NCBI GenBank assembly: GCA_965200875.1
Contig: OZ241456.1
Span: 960,001 to 1,024,000, forward strand
DNA length: 64,000 nt
From: Bdellovibrionales bacterium
GTDB taxonomy: Bacteria > Bdellovibrionota > Bdellovibrionia > Bdellovibrionales > UBA1609
Reading direction: 5' to 3'
Made by a program: the position numbers and the translations under genes
Part shown: piece by piece, positions 59,352 through 64,000 of the stretch
Layout: the number at the start of each line of letters is the position of its first letter
Numbering within the stretch: the stretch's first letter is position 1
The notes under the pieces: generated by a model
What the model was told of the DNA's origin: nothing
The model's database searches: none
What the model saw: the letters and a program-made list of their open reading frames with translations, nothing else

Positions 59352-60251
59352 ATGGAAAATTTGAATATTTCTGATGAAAAAATCGTATGCCGATTTAAAA
59401 AAAAGAAAAAACCACTTACAGTTGGAGATGTATTTGAACTGCATTGTGAGTGGCCACTTTCCATTTTATTGTCTTCCCCGGTTCATATTGAGTTTAATCA
59501 AACATCAGCCGAGGAAAATCAAAATGTAGGAGGTCACACAAAGGAACAAAGTTTACCAGGGCCTTATTCTCTCGTTATATTGGAGACCACTAATATCTAT
59601 CCAGGAAAAGGAGCATTTAAGGTTACAAGCTATAAGCCGGGTGATTATAATACGGAATTTACTCTTGTCAGTGATCAGGGAATAGCTAGGGTAAAACAGC
59701 TTTCTTGGAAAGTGGAGTCGGTTATTCCCCCGGAAAGAAAAGAAACTATAAAACCATATCCTCCTTATGGTCCCTGGAAAGAGGTTTTACCTTTTTGGCA
59801 TTGGCCTTTAAGTGTAGCTGTTTTATTGAGTTTGTTGGTATTTATTTTCTTTAAAACACGATTGTATATTAAACGAAAAAAAAAGATACAGGAAGTGAAT
59901 AACAGATTAAAAAACAAAACTTCTTTTCGGGAGTTTGTCAGTCAGCTGAATTTATTGGTTAGACATGTAAACAGTGAGGAAAACAAAGGCATTATACAAG
60001 AGTTGGATACACATTTTCGTTTGTTTTTGGAAAATGAGTTTTTTATTTTTGCTTTAAACACAGAACCAAAAATAATTGTCGCACAGTTAAAAAAGTATTA
60101 CCCATCTATTTGTGATAAGTGTGACATTTTAGGTTTTTTTAAAGAAATGGAAAAACTTGCCGGGGAAAAAACAGGCAGTAAGGAATATGAACAAATTTTG
60201 GATATGGCCCGGGAGTTGGCTATCTCCTGCGTAGAGCAGGTGCAACAGTAA
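59352..60251 (+). CDS. Membrane protein of the MoxR/Bat cluster
   Basis: TVGD start motif, single TM; position between DUF58 and batA. Confidence 0.65.
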   Translation: MENLNISDEKIVCRFKKKKKPLTVGDVFELHCEWPLSILLSSPVHIEFNQTSAEENQNVGGHTKEQSLPGPYSLVILETTNIYPGKGAFKVTSYKPGDYNTEFTLVSDQGIARVKQLSWKVESVIPPERKETIKPYPPYGPWKEVLPFWHWPLSVAVLLSLLVFIFFKTRLYIKRKKKIQEVNNRLKNKTSFREFVSQLNLLVRHVNSEENKGIIQELDTHFRLFLENEFFIFALNTEPKIIVAQLKKYYPSICDKCDILGFFKEMEKLAGEKTGSKEYEQILDMARELAISCVEQVQQ

Positions 60252-60262
60252 AGGTTTTTTTA

Positions 60263-61276
60263 ATGTATTGGAGTTTTCCTGAAGCTTTTTGGTTGTTTAT
60301 TCCTTATTCCATATTGTTTTTGCATTATTTTTTCGGTGGTAGAAAAAGAACAAGAGCTTTTCGTGTAAGTATTTTAAGTGAATTAAAACTCAGTAAAACT
60401 CTGAGAGCACAACTCAGTAAACTGCCAGCCCTCTTTCAATTTTTAAGTTTGTTTGTATTGATTTTGGCTTTGGCTCGCCCTCAAACAATAGACACTCATG
60501 TCAACCGTAGCGCAGAGGGGATAGATATTGTTATTGTATTGGACACTTCAGACTCCATGCTGATAGAGGATATGTCTCCAGGAAATAGAATTAATTCAGC
60601 CAAAACAGTAATTAAGAATTTTATCAAGGAGCTTGTATATGATCGTGTTGGTTTAGTTGTTTTTTCAGGAGAATCTTACACGAAGATTCCTTTAACTTTG
60701 GACTATGGGGTATTGCTGAAAGGATTGGATGAAGTACGGGTGAGTCATTACAACCCCTATATTAAATCTGGAACGGCTATAGGAGTAGCTTTGGCTAATG
60801 CTGTGGTCAGATTAAGGGAGTCGTCGGCCAAGAGTAAAGTGATTATTTTTTTGACCGATGGAGAAGATAATGTGGGAATAATCAGTCCGCAAACAGCTTT
60901 AGGTATAGTCAAGCAATATGCCATTACGGTTTATACAATTGGTGTGGGAGGACAGGCTGGAAAGGCTTTAATCCCCCGGGAAATTAAGGATCACAGAGGA
61001 AGAAAGAAAACTGTTTATCAGAGGATTAAAACGCAGATAAATGAAAAGTTGTTGAAAAAAATTGCTATAGAAACCGGAGGACAGTATTTTAGAGCCAATA
61101 ATTCATCAGCGTTGGAAGTTATTTTTTCGGAAATAAGTAAATTGGAAAAAAGCACCGTGGAAATGGTGGAGTGGAAAAAATATGAAGATCTGTTTTCGGG
61201 TTTTCTGGAGAAAGCCCTGATATTGTATTTTTTATCTCTCTTGCTTTCTTTATTTGTTTTTTGGAAAGTGGTTTAA
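60263..61276 (+). CDS. batA: VWA domain protein BatA
   Basis: LALARPQ, DTSDSM MIDAS, PLTLDY, GTAIG, LTDGED, ETGGQYF. Confidence 0.88.
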   Translation: MYWSFPEAFWLFIPYSILFLHYFFGGRKRTRAFRVSILSELKLSKTLRAQLSKLPALFQFLSLFVLILALARPQTIDTHVNRSAEGIDIVIVLDTSDSMLIEDMSPGNRINSAKTVIKNFIKELVYDRVGLVVFSGESYTKIPLTLDYGVLLKGLDEVRVSHYNPYIKSGTAIGVALANAVVRLRESSAKSKVIIFLTDGEDNVGIISPQTALGIVKQYAITVYTIGVGGQAGKALIPREIKDHRGRKKTVYQRIKTQINEKLLKKIAIETGGQYFRANNSSALEVIFSEISKLEKSTVEMVEWKKYEDLFSGFLEKALILYFLSLLLSLFVFWKVV

Positions 61277-61312
61277 TAAACAATATTGTTACTAAAGAAG
61301 GATTATTTAAAA

Positions 61313-62371
61313 ATGATGTTTGCTCATCCTGAATACTTATATTTGCTGATTTTTATACCAATACTATTTATTTTTTTTAGTTTACGTTTAAAAAGCAGTG
61401 AAAGACTATTGCGAGCTTATATTGAAGATTCTTGTTTAAAAGCCACAGTTGGTTCTGGTTTTTATAGCAAGCGCGTTTTTAGGTACTTTTTCACATTGAT
61501 AGCTCTTTCGTTTTTAATTTTGGCTTTAGCTCGTCCTCAATCTCAGCAGAAAAAACAGGATGTGAGGATAAAGGGAGCGGAAATTATGATTTTGACTGAT
61601 GTTTCAAACAGTATGTTGGCAAGAGATATGGGTGGTTTTAGCCGGCTTGATGTGATGAAAAAAGAACTGGACAAACTTATTGTAATGCTTTCGGGACAGA
61701 GGGTAGGGTTAATCTCCTTTTCTGGTACGGCAACTTTGGTGTCTCCTTTGACTTTGGACCATTCCGCTTTAAAACTGTTTTTGAAATCTCTATCCCCTCA
61801 GTCACATATTATTCAAGGAACAGATTTTGTTAGCGCGTTTCGATCAGCCGAACAGGCGTTTCAAAGAGGGAGTGCTTTGGAACCGGATTCTTCCTCCAGA
61901 ATCATTATTTTGGCTTCCGATGGAGAGGATAATCAAAAGAAAACTCTCGAAATGGTAAAACATTTGGCCGATCGAAAAATTCGTGTATTTACTTTGGGTT
62001 TTGGAACCCAAAAAGGAGACATGATACCGGTTTATGATAAGAAGAGAAACAAAATAGGTTATAAAAAAGATCGAAAAGGGGATGTTGTTATTTCTCGGTT
62101 TGATGAGAAAAGTTTGAAAAAAATTTCTCATATAACTGATGGAGCATTTTATTCCATGTCTCTTGGGAGGGGTACTATAAAAAAAGTGTACTCTGATATT
62201 CAAAAAATAGGAGAAGGTACTATTTCCACTTATTCTCAAAATGTATATAAAGAATGGTACCAATACTTCGCTTTATCAGCTTTCTTTTTTGGCATTTTGT
62301 ATTTTCTCATTGAGGAAAAAAGAAAAAGCCCTTTGAAAGAATGGCACAGTTATCTGGAGAAAAAACCATGA
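61313..62371 (+). CDS. batB: VWA domain protein BatB
   Basis: ALARPQ, DVSNSMLA.D, PLTLD, SDGED, G.GT..G. Confidence 0.85.
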   Translation: MMFAHPEYLYLLIFIPILFIFFSLRLKSSERLLRAYIEDSCLKATVGSGFYSKRVFRYFFTLIALSFLILALARPQSQQKKQDVRIKGAEIMILTDVSNSMLARDMGGFSRLDVMKKELDKLIVMLSGQRVGLISFSGTATLVSPLTLDHSALKLFLKSLSPQSHIIQGTDFVSAFRSAEQAFQRGSALEPDSSSRIIILASDGEDNQKKTLEMVKHLADRKIRVFTLGFGTQKGDMIPVYDKKRNKIGYKKDRKGDVVISRFDEKSLKKISHITDGAFYSMSLGRGTIKKVYSDIQKIGEGTISTYSQNVYKEWYQYFALSAFFFGILYFLIEEKRKSPLKEWHSYLEKKP

Positions 62372-63423
62372 GACCAAAAATAAGGCTATTTTCCCGTGTT
62401 GATTGGTTCTTTGTGATTAGCATTGTCATTATGCTTACGGTTTTATTTTCTGTTCCTTTTTGGAATATAAATAATAGAGCACTTTTCCAGATGACTCAAA
62501 AAAAATATGAAAAAGCAGAAAATAGCTGGCGCAAAGCCTTGGGGAAACAACCATTTTCTCCTTTATACCGCATGAATTTAGCTTTTAATTATATGTTGTG
62601 GGAAAACCCGGAAAAGGCTATTCAGGAATATACTTTTACAAGAAAGTTAATGAGTACTAAAAACTTCTCCTACAGGATAAAGGAGGATGAGAAGAGTAAA
62701 CAGAAGAGAATATTTTTGTCCGGTAATGGCTTTTCTAATTCCAATTTAAAAGAAAAAACTTTTTTTAATTCTGCCATAAGTGCTGTTACAACCGGAAACA
62801 TTGACAAAGCTTTGAATTTTTATCAACAGGCTTTATATTTGAATCCAGAATCCCTGAAAACAAAAACAAATATCGAGCTTTTAATAACATCCAACCTTTC
62901 GAAGAATGAAAACGCAGATAGGAAGGAAGAGAAAAAAGACAAATCAGAAGGTGCAGAACAAAAGCCGGAGAATCAGGATAACCAAAACGAAAAAGGGGAG
63001 TCAGAAGAGAATAATAACAAACAAAAGGAGAGTAAAGAGAGCGAACAGCAGGAACAAAATCAAGATCATCAGGGAGAGAGAGAAGAAGAGCAAAAGAAAC
63101 GAAACCAAAGCCAGCAGGAACAGCAGGAGCAAAACCAAGGTCATCAGGGAGAAAGAGAAGAAGAGCAAAAGAAACGAAACCAAAGCTCGCAGAATGGGGG
63201 AGAGCAAGGGAATCAGGAAAAAGCGGAACATAAAGGAAATCCCTTCAATAAAAATTCAAAAAGAGAGTATGGAAACTTTAAGGCTGGCAATCGAAGTAAC
63301 CAGAAATTGAATCAAAAGCAAACGGAAGTTATTTTAAAAGCTATTTTGGAGCAGGAAAAAAATATAAGAGAGCGTCAGCAACGGGAAAGAAAACGGCATC
63401 CAGTGGTTGAAAAAGATTGGTAG
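62368..63423 (+). CDS. batC: TPR protein BatC with Q/E-rich linker
   Basis: TPR helices, acidic Q-rich 21-aa repeat, C-terminal EKDW; ATGA overlap with batB. Confidence 0.82.
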   Translation: MRPKIRLFSRVDWFFVISIVIMLTVLFSVPFWNINNRALFQMTQKKYEKAENSWRKALGKQPFSPLYRMNLAFNYMLWENPEKAIQEYTFTRKLMSTKNFSYRIKEDEKSKQKRIFLSGNGFSNSNLKEKTFFNSAISAVTTGNIDKALNFYQQALYLNPESLKTKTNIELLITSNLSKNENADRKEEKKDKSEGAEQKPENQDNQNEKGESEENNNKQKESKESEQQEQNQDHQGEREEEQKKRNQSQQEQQEQNQGHQGEREEEQKKRNQSSQNGGEQGNQEKAEHKGNPFNKNSKREYGNFKAGNRSNQKLNQKQTEVILKAILEQEKNIRERQQRERKRHPVVEKDW

Positions 63424-63430
63424 TGCTTAT

Positions 63431-64000
63431 ATGTCTTGGAGATATCTGTTGAAAAATATAAGATTCGTATTAGTTCTTTTTTTTATGAGTTCGCTTTCTG
63501 TATCCTCTTTGGCAGAGACAAAGGTAAGAGCTTATATTAAACCTCGTGTAGTAGCTCCTCAGTCTTCTTTCACTTTAACTTTAGAAATAGAATATGAATC
63601 CGCTCAAAATATACAGCCTCCTCGTTTACCTCGATTGAACAATTTTTATTTGATCCACCAAACCAGTGGCAGTAGTCTTTCAATTATAGATGGAGATATT
63701 ACAAGAAAAAAATTTTATTATTACACATTAAAATCTGGTAAAGAGGGAAAATTTAAAATTGGTTCTATAGAGGTTATAGTGGATGGAAAAGTATTCACAA
63801 CCCCTCCCTTGGAGGTGGAAGTTTCTTCTAAAGTGAAACCTCGCGGACATTCCAGCCCGTTTTCGTCACCTTTTGGCAATATGAAACGTTTTATACATCC
63901 CGGCTTATTTGGTGATGAGGATATACAGGGTGTGCCCCCTTCTCAAGGGGTTGTTAGAGAAGAGGATGTTATTTTTCAGCTGGAAGTGAAGAAAGATACT
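63431..64000 (+). CDS. batD: BatD family protein (truncated by the window end)
   Basis: Open frame from ATG 63431: signal peptide, F.LTLEI, SLSIIDG, EGKFKIGSIEV.VDGK.F.T.P..VEV. Confidence 0.8.
   Translation, partial: MSWRYLLKNIRFVLVLFFMSSLSVSSLAETKVRAYIKPRVVAPQSSFTLTLEIEYESAQNIQPPRLPRLNNFYLIHQTSGSSLSIIDGDITRKKFYYYTLKSGKEGKFKIGSIEVIVDGKVFTTPPLEVEVSSKVKPRGHSSPFSSPFGNMKRFIHPGLFGDEDIQGVPPSQGVVREEDVIFQLEVKKDT

Overview
AT-rich bacterial chromosomal window, probably Bdellovibrionota. This is inferred from the RpoB N-terminus style, RxPAS-like motifs in secreted proteins and sigma28-type promoters, and was not tested phylogenetically. Core genes: dusB, tRNA-Gly/Thr, tuf, tRNA-Trp, secE-nusG-rplKAJL-rpoBC, serA, an acyltransferase, nhaA, bioD and moxR/DUF58/batABCD. 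These separate two defence-rich accessory regions. Region 1 (~0.1-12.3 kb) holds an Ssp-like DNA phosphorothioation locus (SspD-like PAPS reductase, Dam-type MTase, SspE-like and GmrSD-like DUF262 proteins, cysteine desulfurase) built from tandemly stacked alleles. It is followed by a secreted ART-like protein, a tiny permuted GIY-YIG-like ORF and RhuM-Fic. Region 2 (~36.6-55.8 kb, directly after tRNA-Arg) holds a complete type I-F CRISPR-Cas system (39 repeats, 38 spacers) and an unannotated three-gene TIGR04255-like module. Both lie between two ~1.13-kb near-identical direct repeats carrying an Rpn nuclease gene with an internal antitoxin-type start. The left copy is preceded by a cas1 stub fused to the array trailer, i.e. 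a collapsed CRISPR-less allele. A family of ~90-150 bp MITE-like elements with an ATTCCC-N8-GGGAAT hairpin is scattered through the window, and one remnant appears to be translated in frame inside the cysteine desulfurase. All family calls come from motif recognition by eye; no database searches were run.
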